The notes under the pieces were generated by a model, which worked only from the letters and a program-made list of their open reading frames with translations, was not told the DNA's origin and ran no database searches. Shown here in pieces: positions 27,138 through 37,545 of a stretch of DNA of 64,000 bases (its first letter is position 1; every line of letters begins with the position of its first letter). The translations under genes were made by a program, and so were the position numbers. Source of the stretch: Lutisporaceae bacterium (GTDB taxonomy: Bacteria > Bacillota > Clostridia > Lutisporales > Lutisporaceae); contig JBMNHZ010000009.1 in the NCBI GenBank assembly GCA_050950645.1, positions 295,515 to 359,514 of the forward strand, written 5' to 3'.

Positions 27138-28340
27138 ATGGCAAAGGCAAAATATGAAAGGACCAAACCCCATGTAAACATAGGGACAATCGGTCACGTT
27201 GACCACGGCAAGACCACACTTACGGCGGCAATAACAGCTGTACTTTCAAAGTATGGTCAGGCAATGGCAACAAAGTATGACGAAATAGACAAGGCACCGG
27301 AAGAGAAGGAAAGAGGAATAACAATAAACACAGCTCATGTTGAGTACGAGACAGCCAACAGGCATTATGCCCATGTTGACTGCCCGGGTCATGCCGACTA
27401 CGTAAAGAACATGATAACAGGAGCAGCACAGATGGACGGAGCAATTCTTGTGGTATCGGCAGCAGATGGCCCGATGCCTCAGACAAGAGAGCATATACTG
27501 TTATCCCGCCAGGTAGGAGTTCCCTACATAGTGGTATTTCTGAACAAGGTTGACATGGTAGATGACGCAGAGCTTATAGAGCTTGTAGAAATGGAAGTAA
27601 GAGAACTTCTTACAGAGTATGAATTTGACGGAGACAATGCACCTATCATAGCCGGGTCAGCATTAAAGGCACTGGAGTGCGGCTGCGGGAAAGAAGACTG
27701 TGAATGGTGCAAGCACATACACGATCTAATGGATGCAGTTGATAAATTCATACCTACACCTGACAGGCAGACAGACAAACCGTTCCTTATGCCTGTGGAG
27801 GATGTATTCTCAATAACGGGAAGAGGAACCGTAGCGACAGGAAGAGTTGAAAGAGGGACTGTAAAGGTATCGGATACGGTAGAGATAGTAGGGCTTGCAG
27901 ATGAGCCGAGATCCACAGTAGTAACGGGAGTGGAAATGTTCAGGAAGCTTCTTGAGCAGGCAGAGGCAGGAGACAACATAGGCGTGCTGTTAAGAGGAGT
28001 ACAGAGGAATGAGATAGAAAGAGGTCAGGTACTGGCGAAGCCGGGATCAATAAAGCCCTATACACATTTCAAAGCGCAGGTATACGTACTGACGAAGGAA
28101 GAGGGCGGAAGGCACACACCGTTTTTCAACGGATACAGGCCGCAGTTTTATTTCAGGACAACAGACGTGACAGGAGTAATTGAATTACCGTCAGGAGTAG
28201 AAATGTGCATGCCGGGGGACCATGTGGAAATGACAATAAAGCTGATAACACCGATAGCAATAGAAGAAGGGCTGAGATTTGCAATACGTGAAGGCGGAAG
28301 AACAGTCGGATCAGGTGCTGTTGTATCAGTAATAGAATAA
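27138..28340 (+). CDS. tuf: Elongation factor Tu
   Basis: [17 protein letters not shown] and NKVD motifs; 400 aa. Confidence 0.95.
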   Translation: MAKAKYERTKPHVNIGTIGHVDHGKTTLTAAITAVLSKYGQAMATKYDEIDKAPEEKERGITINTAHVEYETANRHYAHVDCPGHADYVKNMITGAAQMDGAILVVSAADGPMPQTREHILLSRQVGVPYIVVFLNKVDMVDDAELIELVEMEVRELLTEYEFDGDNAPIIAGSALKALECGCGKEDCEWCKHIHDLMDAVDKFIPTPDRQTDKPFLMPVEDVFSITGRGTVATGRVERGTVKVSDTVEIVGLADEPRSTVVTGVEMFRKLLEQAEAGDNIGVLLRGVQRNEIERGQVLAKPGSIKPYTHFKAQVYVLTKEEGGRHTPFFNGYRPQFYFRTTDVTGVIELPSGVEMCMPGDHVEMTIKLITPIAIEEGLRFAIREGGRTVGSGAVVSVIE

Positions 28341-28356
28341 ACAGATACAGTCTGCG

Positions 28357-28384
28357 AGGACTAGGGTTACTCCTAGTCCTTTTA
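28357..28384 (+). terminator. Rho-independent terminator after tuf
   Basis: aggactagg-gttact-cctagtcct followed by ttt. Confidence 0.65.
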
Positions 28385-28516
28385 AAAGCAATAAGGCACA
28401 CGATTAACATGCCTGAAACAGGTAATACTATAAACATAACGGATTATTTAAACGCATGATACATGAAGACATGTAGGCAGTAGACATAAAGGACACAAAG
28501 CAGTATCAAAATATTA

Positions 28517-28545
28517 TTGACAATGAAGTTAAATTATGATAGATT
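28517..28545 (+). promoter_or_regulatory. Promoter of rpmG-secE-nusG-rplKA
   Basis: TTGACA (28517-22), a 17-nt spacer ending in TGa, then TAGATT (28540-45), i.e. an extended -10. Confidence 0.5.
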
Positions 28546-28709
28546 TTATTGAGTAGTCTCAAAATGCAGCTTATTTGTATTTTTGCGGCATTTTATTGTT
28601 TTAATTGTGCAGGTAAGTGCAGCTTCCTGTACAATGGGGAATGCTTGCAAAGCTCTCGTGTCATGAGATGAAATTTATAATCAGTTCCAAGTCGTTGGGA
28701 GGTGTAGAT

Positions 28710-28859
28710 ATGAGAGTTAAAATAACACTTGCTTGCAGCGAATGCAAACAGAGGAACTATGATTCCATGAAGAACAAAAAGAACAATCCGGATAGAATGG
28801 AAATGAGCAAATACTGCAGATTCTGCAGGAAGCATACCTTGCATAAGGAAACGAAATAG
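28710..28859 (+). CDS. rpmG: 50S ribosomal protein L33 (zinc-binding C+ form)
   Basis: [52 protein letters not shown] 28710 follows ggaggtg; the track ORF start at 28617 is too far upstream. Confidence 0.9.
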   Translation: MRVKITLACSECKQRNYDSMKNKKNNPDRMEMSKYCRFCRKHTLHKETK

Positions 28860-28880
28860 CCGGTAAAGGATGTGAATGGC

Positions 28881-29084
28881 ATGGCTGGTGCAGCAAAGAG
28901 ATTTAATATAGCAAAATTTTTTAAAGAGACAAGAGCAGAAGTCAAAAAGGTTACCTGGCCGAGCAGGAAGGAGCTTTTTCAGCATACGGAAGTAGTTATT
29001 ACTTCAATAATACTGGTAGGAGCAGTTATTTGGATTATGGACTTTGCATTTGCCAGGGTGCTTAACCTTTTGTTAGCCAGGTAG
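28881..29084 (+). CDS. secE: Preprotein translocase subunit SecE
   Basis: FFKETRAEVKKVTWPSRKEL followed by a single TM helix. The start is either ATG 28881 or GTG 28872. Confidence 0.85.
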   Translation: MAGAAKRFNIAKFFKETRAEVKKVTWPSRKELFQHTEVVITSIILVGAVIWIMDFAFARVLNLLLAR

Positions 29085-29147
29085 TGAGATTTTTGTTGAA
29101 TCATATTATCGATTAGGAGGAAAACCTTAAAGATTCTTTAAGGTTGT

Positions 29148-29672
29148 ATGTCTATGGAAGAAAGAGGCAAATGGTATGTAGTCCACACTTATTCGGGCTA
29201 TGAAAACAAGGTAATGGCTAATATTTTGAAGATAGTAGAAAACAGAAACATGCAGGATGTTATCTTCGAAGTAAAAGTGCCGGTAGAAGAACAGGTTGAG
29301 ATAAAAGGCGGTAAGAGGAAAATAACCCAAAAAAAAGTATTCCCGGGATACGTACTGGTTAAGATGATTATGACGGATGAATCATGGTATCTTGTGCGTA
29401 ATACAAGAGGGGTTACCGGATTTGTAGGACCTGGTTCTAAGCCTGTGCCTCTTACTGATGCGGAAATAAAGACTTTAGGCGTTGAAAAAATTCCAATTAA
29501 ACTGGACGCAAAGGTTAAAGACAATGTAAGGGTTATTTCCGGACCTTTTGAAAATTTTGTCGGTGTTATACAGGAGATCAATAATGAGAAGCACAAGGTC
29601 AAGGTCATGATTTCGATGTTCGGCAGAGAGACTCCTGTAGAACTGGAGTTTACTCAGATTGAAAGATTATAG
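29148..29672 (+). CDS. nusG: Transcription termination/antitermination factor NusG
   Basis: KWYVVHTYSGYENKV N-terminus (NGN domain) and a C-terminal KOW (VRVISGPFENFVGVIQEI). Confidence 0.9.
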   Translation: MSMEERGKWYVVHTYSGYENKVMANILKIVENRNMQDVIFEVKVPVEEQVEIKGGKRKITQKKVFPGYVLVKMIMTDESWYLVRNTRGVTGFVGPGSKPVPLTDAEIKTLGVEKIPIKLDAKVKDNVRVISGPFENFVGVIQEINNEKHKVKVMISMFGRETPVELEFTQIERL

Positions 29673-29712
29673 ATCCGTACAGATATAATATTTGCCGAGG
29701 GGAGGTGTAATA

Positions 29713-30138
29713 ATGGCAAAGAAGGTTTCAGCAGTAATTAAATTGCAGGTTCCGGCAGGTAAAGCGACTCCGGCGCCGCCGATAGGCCCGGCTTTAGGGC
29801 AGCATGGCGTCAACATCATGGGATTTTGCAAGGAGTTTAATGAAAAAACGGCTAAACAGGCAGGACTTATTATACCTGTAGTAATCACCGTTTATCAGGA
29901 CAGATCATTTACATTCATACTCAAAACTCCGCCGGCGTCGGTGCTTATAAAGAAAGCAGCCGGTATCGAAAGCGGATCAGGGGTACCAAACAAGACCAAG
30001 GTAGGGAAGATTTCTAAGGCCAAGGTTAGAGAAATCGCAGAGCTGAAGATGCCGGACTTGAATGCAGGAAGCATTGAAACGGCAATAAGCATGGTTGCCG
30101 GCACGGCAAGAAGCATGGGTATAACAGTAGAAGACTAA
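29713..30138 (+). CDS. rplK: 50S ribosomal protein L11
   Basis: [46 protein letters not shown] 29713 follows ggggaggtg. Confidence 0.95.
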   Translation: MAKKVSAVIKLQVPAGKATPAPPIGPALGQHGVNIMGFCKEFNEKTAKQAGLIIPVVITVYQDRSFTFILKTPPASVLIKKAAGIESGSGVPNKTKVGKISKAKVREIAELKMPDLNAGSIETAISMVAGTARSMGITVED

Positions 30139-30187
30139 TATTAGGTGGGAGGACATGGTCCGCTAATACCACAAGGAGGAATTTATA

Positions 30188-30883
30188 ATGTTCAGAGGTA
30201 AGAAATATCAGGAAAGCGCAAAGCTGATTGACAGAAACAAATTATATGATCCTAAGGAAGCTATGGAGCTTGTTAAGCAAACAGCAAAGGCTAATTTTGA
30301 TGAATCCGTTGAGATTCATGTAAAGCTTGGAGTTGACCCGAGACATGCAGACCAGCAGGTCAGAGGTGTCGTAGTGCTTCCCCATGGTACGGGCAAGACT
30401 CTCAAGGTTTTGGTATTTGCGAAGGGTGATAAGGCCAAGGAAGCAGAGGCAGCAGGGGCTGACTACGTAGGTGCTGAGGAATTGATTGCTAAAATACAGG
30501 GAGAAAACTGGTTTGATTACGACGTGGTAGTTGCTACACCGGATATTATGGGTGTAGTTGGTAGGCTCGGCAAGCTGCTTGGGCCTAAAGGCCTGATGCC
30601 AAACCCTAAATCCGGTACGGTTACATTTGATGTTGAAAGAGCCGTCAACGAAATCAAAGCCGGTAAAGTTGAGTACAGAGTTGACAAAACGTCAATAATT
30701 CACGTTAGTATAGGAAAGGTCTCTTTTGATACGGAAAAGCTTGTTGAGAACTTCAGGACTATTATGGAAGCGGTTGTAAAGGCGAAGCCGGCGGCTGCAA
30801 AGGGTACTTACCTTAGGAGCGTTGTGGTTGCAAGCACTATGGGACCGCCGATAAAGATCAATCCAGTCCGTGTAACCGAATAG
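30188..30883 (+). CDS. rplA: 50S ribosomal protein L1
   Basis: 231 aa. [24 protein letters not shown] is typical of L1. Confidence 0.95.
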   Translation: MFRGKKYQESAKLIDRNKLYDPKEAMELVKQTAKANFDESVEIHVKLGVDPRHADQQVRGVVVLPHGTGKTLKVLVFAKGDKAKEAEAAGADYVGAEELIAKIQGENWFDYDVVVATPDIMGVVGRLGKLLGPKGLMPNPKSGTVTFDVERAVNEIKAGKVEYRVDKTSIIHVSIGKVSFDTEKLVENFRTIMEAVVKAKPAAAKGTYLRSVVVASTMGPPIKINPVRVTE

Positions 30884-30924
30884 TATATTTCCGGAAGGAC
30901 ATTCATATTGACAGTTAGTAATTT

Positions 30925-31060
30925 TAATGATGGAATGTCCGAGATTGAAACGAATATATACCGTAGACAGTAGGTTGGTTCAGACCGTAATTTCCTACCG
31001 AGGTTTGCCATAAAGCTATTATGACCTCTCTATGTCTGCGGAGAGGTCTTTTGATTTTAT
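30925..31060 (+). promoter_or_regulatory. rplJ (L10) leader with an attenuator-type terminator
   Basis: 238-nt untranslated gap before rplJ. It contains the hairpin gacctctc-tatgtctgcg-gagaggtc followed by ttttgatttt (31023-31058). The position matches the L10 leader known in Firmicutes. A TTGACA at about 30908 may be its promoter. Confidence 0.5.
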
Positions 31061-31121
31061 TGTGCAGGAAGACCTACCCATACGGGAGATATAATAAGCT
31101 ATAACACGAGGAGGTGTAAGA

Positions 31122-31628
31122 ATGTCAAAAAACCTGGAGCAAAAACAAAATCAGGTAAGCGAAGTGAAAGAAAAGCTTCAGAAGTCCAATTCAGTTGTGC
31201 TGGTGGACTATAAGGGCATAAATGTGGAAGATGTTACTGACTTGAGAAAAAGATTCAGAGAAGCCGGTGTTGAATATAAAGTGTATAAGAATACTCTTTT
31301 CAAAAGAGCAGCATCAGAATTGGGCATGGAATTATTTCATGAATACCTGCAAGGCCCAGTTGCAGTTGCCTTTGGGTATGAGGATGCAGTTGCACCCGCC
31401 AAGACCATCAACCAGTTTCTTAAGGATAAGCCCAAGGCTCCGATATCAGTAAAAGTCGGCTACATTGAAGGTAAGCTTATGAGCGTTGATGAAGTAAAGG
31501 CTTTGGGAGACCTTCCATCAAGAGAGGTGCTCATTGCTATGCTCCTTGGCGGATTACAGGGTTCAATCAGAAATCTCGCATATGTGCTTAATACTATTAA
31601 AGAAAAGAAGGAAGCGGAAGCTCAATAA
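31122..31628 (+). CDS. rplJ: 50S ribosomal protein L10
   Basis: 168 aa with a typical L10 pattern (VVLVDYKGINVEDVTDLRKRFREAGVEYKVYKNTL). Confidence 0.95.
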   Translation: MSKNLEQKQNQVSEVKEKLQKSNSVVLVDYKGINVEDVTDLRKRFREAGVEYKVYKNTLFKRAASELGMELFHEYLQGPVAVAFGYEDAVAPAKTINQFLKDKPKAPISVKVGYIEGKLMSVDEVKALGDLPSREVLIAMLLGGLQGSIRNLAYVLNTIKEKKEAEAQ

Positions 31629-31649
31629 TTAATTAGGAGGTAATTAATA

Positions 31650-32033
31650 ATGGCAAGTGAAAAGACTTTGAAATTTATCGAAGAAATAAAGAATATGACA
31701 GTTCTCGAATTGGCTGAATTAGTTAAAGCAATCGAAGAGGAATTCGGTGTAACGGCAGCAGCTCCTGTAGCAGTTGCAGGACCGGCAGCCGCAGATGCAG
31801 CAGCAGCCCCGGCAGAAGAGCAGACGGAGTTTAATGTAGTTCTTGCAGAAGTAGGAGATCAAAAAATAAAGGTTATTAAGGTTGTCAGAGAAGTGACAAG
31901 TCTTGGTCTTAAAGAAGCAAAGGATCTGGTGGATGGTGCTCCAAAGCCAATAAAAGAAGGCGTAAGCAAGCAGGAAGCAGAAGAAATAGCTGCAAAGTTC
32001 GCAGAAACAGGCGCAAAGATAGAAATAAAGTAA
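31650..32033 (+). CDS. rplL: 50S ribosomal protein L7/L12
   Basis: 127 aa: Ala-rich hinge and the C-terminal domain [26 protein letters not shown]. Confidence 0.95.
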   Translation: MASEKTLKFIEEIKNMTVLELAELVKAIEEEFGVTAAAPVAVAGPAAADAAAAPAEEQTEFNVVLAEVGDQKIKVIKVVREVTSLGLKEAKDLVDGAPKPIKEGVSKQEAEEIAAKFAETGAKIEIK

Positions 32034-32047
32034 ATTATAGTAAATAT

Positions 32048-32080
32048 CAAAAGAGCCGCCTTTTGCGGCTCTTTTGATAA
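32048..32080 (+). terminator. Strong terminator after rplL
   Basis: Perfect 12-bp stem caaaagagccgc / gcggctcttttg with a T-rich 3' side. Confidence 0.7.
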
Positions 32081-32232
32081 ATTTAATCAAAATGTCTCCT
32101 TTGTTGAATACATGGTAAAAGACAAATACTGCAATTCTTGTACTACCTATCAGACTCCAAAGTAGTAAAACGAATCCAGACAGACATTACATTCTGATGG
32201 TTTTTATTTATATTCATAGGATAACAGAAAAA

Positions 32233-32263
32233 CAGGGCATCGGAGCCGAACTCCGGTGCCCTG
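32233..32263. terminator. Bidirectional terminator at the 3' end of the symporter gene
   Basis: cagggcatcggag-ccgaa-ctccggtgccctg, with an A-run upstream and ttttg downstream. On the minus strand it is followed by tttttc. Confidence 0.65.
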
Positions 32264-32282
32264 TTTTGTTAATCATGTAAGA

Positions 32283-33680
32283 TTATATTTGTTTATCGGT
32301 CTGAACTTTGGTGGTACCACCCTGCGTCATAAGGCTGGCAATTATGTAAGCAATACCGGAAGTGATGATGGGGAACACGGTTGGAACAGGGAAGGATATG
32401 CCTGCCCAAGAAATCAGCACTGTGGAGACACCTACTATCGAAGCGGCGGTAGCGCCAATGGAATTACCCTTCTTCCAGAATATGCCGCCCACGAAAGGGA
32501 TAAAGCATGCCGCAGCTAGGAAGGAATATACGGAGTTTAGCAAGCCCAGAATGCTGGAAGAGGACAGAGCCAGAATAGTAGATACGCCCATGAAACCGAT
32601 GTTAACGCCTAGAGTTATCTTCTTCAGTTGAGCCTCATCAGGAGTCTTCTTCAGCACCCCTTGCCAGATGTCTCGGGTCAGAACGGTGGACATAGTGATC
32701 AGACCACAGTCGATGGTAGACATAACAGCAGCCAGAACGGCGGCAATGATCAGGGCGCAGACAATAGTAGGGAGCTGATTCATGATAACCATGAAGAAGG
32801 CGTCGCTGCCAGAAACGCCATACTTATAGGCACCGAAGGAGCCGATGAACGCGGGCATCAGTGCTAGGGGGATCATAACTAAGAAAGACAGATAACAGGA
32901 AATGCGGGAAGTTTTGGCGCTCTTGGCGGAGTTAATACGCTGATATGTAGGCTGGTCGGTAACCATTCCCAGTAGCAGAGGTATCATCATACCTGCAAAA
33001 CCTGCAGCTGTCATACCGCTGAAGTCCAGTGCGGAAGAAGCCAGAGAGCCAGTCTGAATAGCGGATTGCATTTCACTTACTGCACCCCTACTGATCAAGA
33101 TTACAGTGGTTAAAACCAGACCGGCGATTATGACGGCGGTTTGGATCACGGAGGTGGCAAAGGCACCCCACAGACCGGACATCTGGGAGTAGAGCAAAAC
33201 GACCACGGCGATGGAGATGGCGCCTACTGTACCGGACAGACCCATAGCCTCGAAAAGAGCTTTACCTGCCATAATCTGACCGGCGATCAAACCAATAGAG
33301 GAGATTGCCGTGCTCAGGTCGTAAATAGTACCAGGCACGGGGTTGTTGTAGCGCTTTATTGTGTAGTCAGCCAGAGACATATAGCCGCCGTTGTAAATAA
33401 AGTTGTTCAGAAAAATAGCAACCATCAGACAGCTGAGTGCGCATGCTATGCCATAAGCGCTACCCGCCATTCCGACCACCGAACCCTCTGCGGCACCGCC
33501 GACTACGAAGCCATTGCCAATCTGACCACCGATGGCGCCGCCCATTAGCAGGATAACGCCTCCGGAACGACCCATACTCAGATAACCCTCAAAGGTCTCA
33601 GAGCGATGACGACCGACCCAGCCGATGGCAACCATGGCTGCAAAGTAAATAACCAGGACAACAACGATAGTAATAATCAT
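32283..33680 (-). CDS. Sodium:solute symporter family (SSF) transporter
   Basis: Polytopic membrane protein with an SSF-like N-terminus (IYFAAMVAIGWVGRHRSETFEGYLSMGRSGG). ATG 33680 after aaaggatgg is preferred; the track ORF extends 45 codons further upstream. Confidence 0.75.
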   Translation of the reverse strand: MIITIVVVLVIYFAAMVAIGWVGRHRSETFEGYLSMGRSGGVILLMGGAIGGQIGNGFVVGGAAEGSVVGMAGSAYGIACALSCLMVAIFLNNFIYNGGYMSLADYTIKRYNNPVPGTIYDLSTAISSIGLIAGQIMAGKALFEAMGLSGTVGAISIAVVVLLYSQMSGLWGAFATSVIQTAVIIAGLVLTTVILISRGAVSEMQSAIQTGSLASSALDFSGMTAAGFAGMMIPLLLGMVTDQPTYQRINSAKSAKTSRISCYLSFLVMIPLALMPAFIGSFGAYKYGVSGSDAFFMVIMNQLPTIVCALIIAAVLAAVMSTIDCGLITMSTVLTRDIWQGVLKKTPDEAQLKKITLGVNIGFMGVSTILALSSSSILGLLNSVYSFLAAACFIPFVGGIFWKKGNSIGATAASIVGVSTVLISWAGISFPVPTVFPIITSGIAYIIASLMTQGGTTKVQTDKQI

Positions 33681-33971
33681 AAATACCATCCTTTCTACTG
33701 CGCTGCAATAAGCAGCGCGGCATTTCTTTGTAGTGAGATTGTGTGGAACATAGATATTTCTGTCGTGTGCCTCAATAAAACGATACGGTTCATACCTTGG
33801 AACAGGTGAGATCATAATTATTATAACTCATCAGTTACGAAAAGTGATTTCAAATTTCTGATGAGATATTTCGAAATTCTGATTTGCAATTGTAATAATG
33901 TGTATTGTTTATTACAATAAGAAGTGTGATAATGACAAACACTGTGTTTTAGGAGAAAGGACGGCGAATTT

Positions 33972-35270
33972 ATGACAGTAAACGAAGACTTTATCCGAAA
34001 TATGGAGCAGAATCTTTCCTACTGGAAAGCACATATTTCAGTTCACGATATGTTGACCAGCGAACTTGCTTACAGCTTGATTTACGACAATATCCGGTCG
34101 GACAAGGTGAGCGAGGCAATGGGGACGGTGGGCCTTGATGTGCTGCCAAATCGTTTTTTTCTAATCCAGGTAGATGATTATATGAATTATTCCAGTAATC
34201 TGCATATAACCCAGGAATTTTTTCAAAAACCGGTCCTGGTCGATATGCTGCGTACCTGCATGAAAATGATTAAATTGAAGGGATTTGTCGCCAACCTGAT
34301 CGGAATGGATAGAATCATTTGTTTTTTGTGCTTTGAGGAGCATGAGACGGAAGACCCCGGTGTATATTTGCGCTCTGTTGCAGAGACATTTAAAGAATAT
34401 GTACGGCATCGAAGTACATACACTATTTCTGTGTGTATAAGTCGACGCTGCACGCAACTGGATCATTACGCCAAGCTATACCCTCTCATGGATTTAGCCC
34501 TTAGCAAAAGTTATTTTTCTAATAAGGAGTTCAGTATACTGTTGGACGAAATGGAGGAGCAAAAGGAACTCAAAACAGTGTATGTGGATTTAAACGCGCG
34601 TTATCCCGAATTTATTGCCTCCATAGCACGGCGCAATCGGGAGCAGTTTGAACAAGTTTTGCAGGAAATGATTCAGGCGCTACTGGAAACTCAATCACGT
34701 CCCAGACGAGTGCGTATGGAAATTATCCGCCTACTCCAACGGGTAGAAGATTACTGTATTCGGTGCGGGGTTCCGGAAAAACAGATGCGTGACTATAATG
34801 AAACCGCAATGAATAAGGTACTTTCCTGCAGTTTTATTGCTGATACCAGAAATTATCTTGAGGAATATTACGAACAGGTGACCGTCATGCTCGAACGATA
34901 CAGCTATGAATGGGAATACTCCTTTAAATCATTAGTTGAAGAATATATATCCGTACACTTTCATGAAAAGATTCGCTTGGGAACATTGGCATATATTATG
35001 GGCTACAGTGAAGGCCACTTTGCTCGAATTTTTCGAAAACAATTTGGAATAACCTTTGTACAATACCTGACACAGTATAGAATCAACCAGAGCAAACGAC
35101 TATTGATCGAGACTCACATTCCTGTGGAACAGATTGCTTTTCAGGTTGGAATCGGTAGCTATAGTTATTTTTGCACTTGCTTCAAGAATGCTTGTGGTTT
35201 AACACCAAGCAAGTACCGAAAACATTACTATCACAGAGCAGGGAAACAGAACATCAAAATTATGAAATAA
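33972..35270 (+). CDS. AraC-family transcriptional regulator
   Basis: 432 aa with a C-terminal double HTH (LAYIMGYSEGHFARIFRKQFGITFVQYLTQYRINQSKRLL...IAFQVGIGSYSYFCTCFKNACGLTPSKYR). Divergent from the symporter gene. Confidence 0.8.
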   Translation: MTVNEDFIRNMEQNLSYWKAHISVHDMLTSELAYSLIYDNIRSDKVSEAMGTVGLDVLPNRFFLIQVDDYMNYSSNLHITQEFFQKPVLVDMLRTCMKMIKLKGFVANLIGMDRIICFLCFEEHETEDPGVYLRSVAETFKEYVRHRSTYTISVCISRRCTQLDHYAKLYPLMDLALSKSYFSNKEFSILLDEMEEQKELKTVYVDLNARYPEFIASIARRNREQFEQVLQEMIQALLETQSRPRRVRMEIIRLLQRVEDYCIRCGVPEKQMRDYNETAMNKVLSCSFIADTRNYLEEYYEQVTVMLERYSYEWEYSFKSLVEEYISVHFHEKIRLGTLAYIMGYSEGHFARIFRKQFGITFVQYLTQYRINQSKRLLIETHIPVEQIAFQVGIGSYSYFCTCFKNACGLTPSKYRKHYYHRAGKQNIKIMK

Positions 35271-35439
35271 ATAATCAAGATACCAAATATATCTCATGTA
35301 AATAATATGATAGAATAGCATCGTGAAACAATTAGATTCAGTCAGGAACAGGTGAAAAATCACAATCAACCGTCAGTTCGCAGGGCGGCAAGTGGAACAG
35401 TCGTCTATTTTGCGAGTGACAAAATGTTAGGAGGCAATT

Positions 35440-37401
35440 ATGTCAATCTATCCCCATTTGTTCGCTCCATTGCACATCCGAAATTTCTACATCAAAAACC
35501 GCATTGAATCAGCACCGATTTCACACAGTGGCGGTGTTCCCTTTTACACTCGTGAGGCTCAGGAGATGTACAGTACCTTTGCGAAAGGTGGTGTTGGCAT
35601 TGTGACCCTGGGAGAGGCCGGAGTCCACAGTCAGACGGGACATGCCCATCCCACCATGCCTCATCTAGATGATACTACCGTTTTGCCCGGCTTAATCCAG
35701 ACTGTGGATGCCATCCATAAATGGGGCGCACTGGCATCCATTGAGTTGACCCACTCGGGTAACCGCGCTAAAGGTTCTCTCCTGACCGAGGGCGGCTTCG
35801 TAATGGGTCCTTGCGCCATGGAGACCAACCTCTACGGAGATCCTGTTGTGGAAATGGACGAGGACATGATGAATATGGTGGCGGACGCTTTTGCTGAGGC
35901 CGCCTATCTGGCCAAGTTTGCCGGCTGCGATATGATTAACATTCATGGTGGGCACGGCTGGATCATCAGCCAGTTCCTATCGGATTTGGATAATCATCGT
36001 ACCGATCAGTATGGAGGCTGCATTGAGAATAAGGCCCGATTCCCTCTGATGATTGTGGACCGCATCCGTGAAAAATGCGGAAACGACCTAATCATCGAGT
36101 TTCGCCTCAGTGCAGAAGAGGGCATTCCGGGTGGTATCACCATTGACGAGACGGTAGAGTTTGCCAAGCTGTTGGATGGAAAGGTGGATATTATCCATGT
36201 ATCAGCTGCCACCTTCCATGAAACTGCCACCGCTTCTCGCATGTTCCCCACAGTGTTTTATCCCAGAGGCTGTAATGTAGAAAACGCAGCAAAGATCAAA
36301 GCCGTGACGAAAAAGTCCTATGTTTCCGTGGTAGGGGGTCTGAATGATCCCGACCATATGGAGTCTATCCTCGCGGACGGCAAGACCGATATGGTCGTTG
36401 TGGGTCGTCAGATGATGGCCGACCCCAACTGGCCTAACAAGGCAAAAAAAGGCAAGGCTGACGAGATTATTAAATGTATTCGTTGCGAAACCTGTATAAG
36501 CGCCGGATTCATTCCCCATGTTCCCTTTTCTTCCGGTGTGTTGCGCTGCTCTGTTAACCCCTCATGGGGGCGCGAGTACGAAAACACCCGCAAAGAAGAT
36601 AAGCCTGAGCAGCTGAAAAAGGTTCTGGTTGCCGGCGGCGGCCCAAGTGGCATGGAGGCCGCTATTACTGCAGCTCGCCGAGGACACAACGTTATTCTAT
36701 GCGAGAAGAGCGACCATCTGGCTGCCAATCTGGATTATGCTAAACAGATTTCCTTCAAGCAGGATATAGTGGCATTTCTAAAGTCCATGGAAGTCAACGT
36801 ACGTCGCACCCCCAATCTGGAGGTTCGCCTGAACACTGAGGTTACCGAAGAACTGATTCAAATCGAGGGACCGGATGTTCTGATTGTGGCTTGTGGTGCA
36901 GAGCCTATACTGCCTCCGATTCCCGGCTTGGATCAGCCAATCGTTCACCATATTACCGATTTGTATAAGAAGAATGTGAAAGCTGGACAGAAAGTCGTAA
37001 TCATCGGCGGCGGCCTGGCAGGCTGTGAAGAGGGTCTAAGTCTTGCCTGGGAGGGCAAGGATGTCTCCATCGTGGAGATGAAACCCGAGCTGGCAAAGGA
37101 TGCCCCATATATCCATTGGAAGCATTTGCTGAGCAAGTTAAGCGAGTCTGTGACTTCCTATTGCTCGGCTAAAGTACAGGCCATCGAGGCGGAGGGTGTT
37201 CGCATTGTGGATGCTGGCGGTAATGAACGCAAGCTGGAAGCTGATACCGTTTTCATTGCCACCGGTATGCGTGCCACCTCGGAGCGTTATGATACTTGGC
37301 ATGACCTGGTGGAGGATATAATATTCGTGGGTGACTGTCGTCGCAGCTCCAAGATCTTGGATGCTATGCGTACCGGCTACTGTGCAGGTATGACTATCTG
37401 A
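35440..37401 (+). CDS. Enoate-reductase-type flavoenzyme (OYE-like FMN barrel + 4Fe-4S + FAD/NAD(P) domain; 2-enoate reductase / BaiCD / FadH family)
   Basis: 653 aa. N-terminal Oxidored_FMN-like barrel (INIHGGHGWIISQFLSDLDNHRTDQYGG), Cys cluster CIRCETC...C, and dinucleotide fold VLVAGGGPSGMEAA. Confidence 0.75.
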   Translation: MSIYPHLFAPLHIRNFYIKNRIESAPISHSGGVPFYTREAQEMYSTFAKGGVGIVTLGEAGVHSQTGHAHPTMPHLDDTTVLPGLIQTVDAIHKWGALASIELTHSGNRAKGSLLTEGGFVMGPCAMETNLYGDPVVEMDEDMMNMVADAFAEAAYLAKFAGCDMINIHGGHGWIISQFLSDLDNHRTDQYGGCIENKARFPLMIVDRIREKCGNDLIIEFRLSAEEGIPGGITIDETVEFAKLLDGKVDIIHVSAATFHETATASRMFPTVFYPRGCNVENAAKIKAVTKKSYVSVVGGLNDPDHMESILADGKTDMVVVGRQMMADPNWPNKAKKGKADEIIKCIRCETCISAGFIPHVPFSSGVLRCSVNPSWGREYENTRKEDKPEQLKKVLVAGGGPSGMEAAITAARRGHNVILCEKSDHLAANLDYAKQISFKQDIVAFLKSMEVNVRRTPNLEVRLNTEVTEELIQIEGPDVLIVACGAEPILPPIPGLDQPIVHHITDLYKKNVKAGQKVVIIGGGLAGCEEGLSLAWEGKDVSIVEMKPELAKDAPYIHWKHLLSKLSESVTSYCSAKVQAIEAEGVRIVDAGGNERKLEADTVFIATGMRATSERYDTWHDLVEDIIFVGDCRRSSKILDAMRTGYCAGMTI

Positions 37402-37545
37402 TAATATGTAAAGCATGGTTAAGGAAAAACTACACAACGTAAATGGTTGCGCTTACTCACCCAGAACATAACAAAAATACGATTTATATACCATTATGGA
37501 AATAGGATCGGAAAAAGAACAAAGAAACAGTAGGGAGGATCAGAT

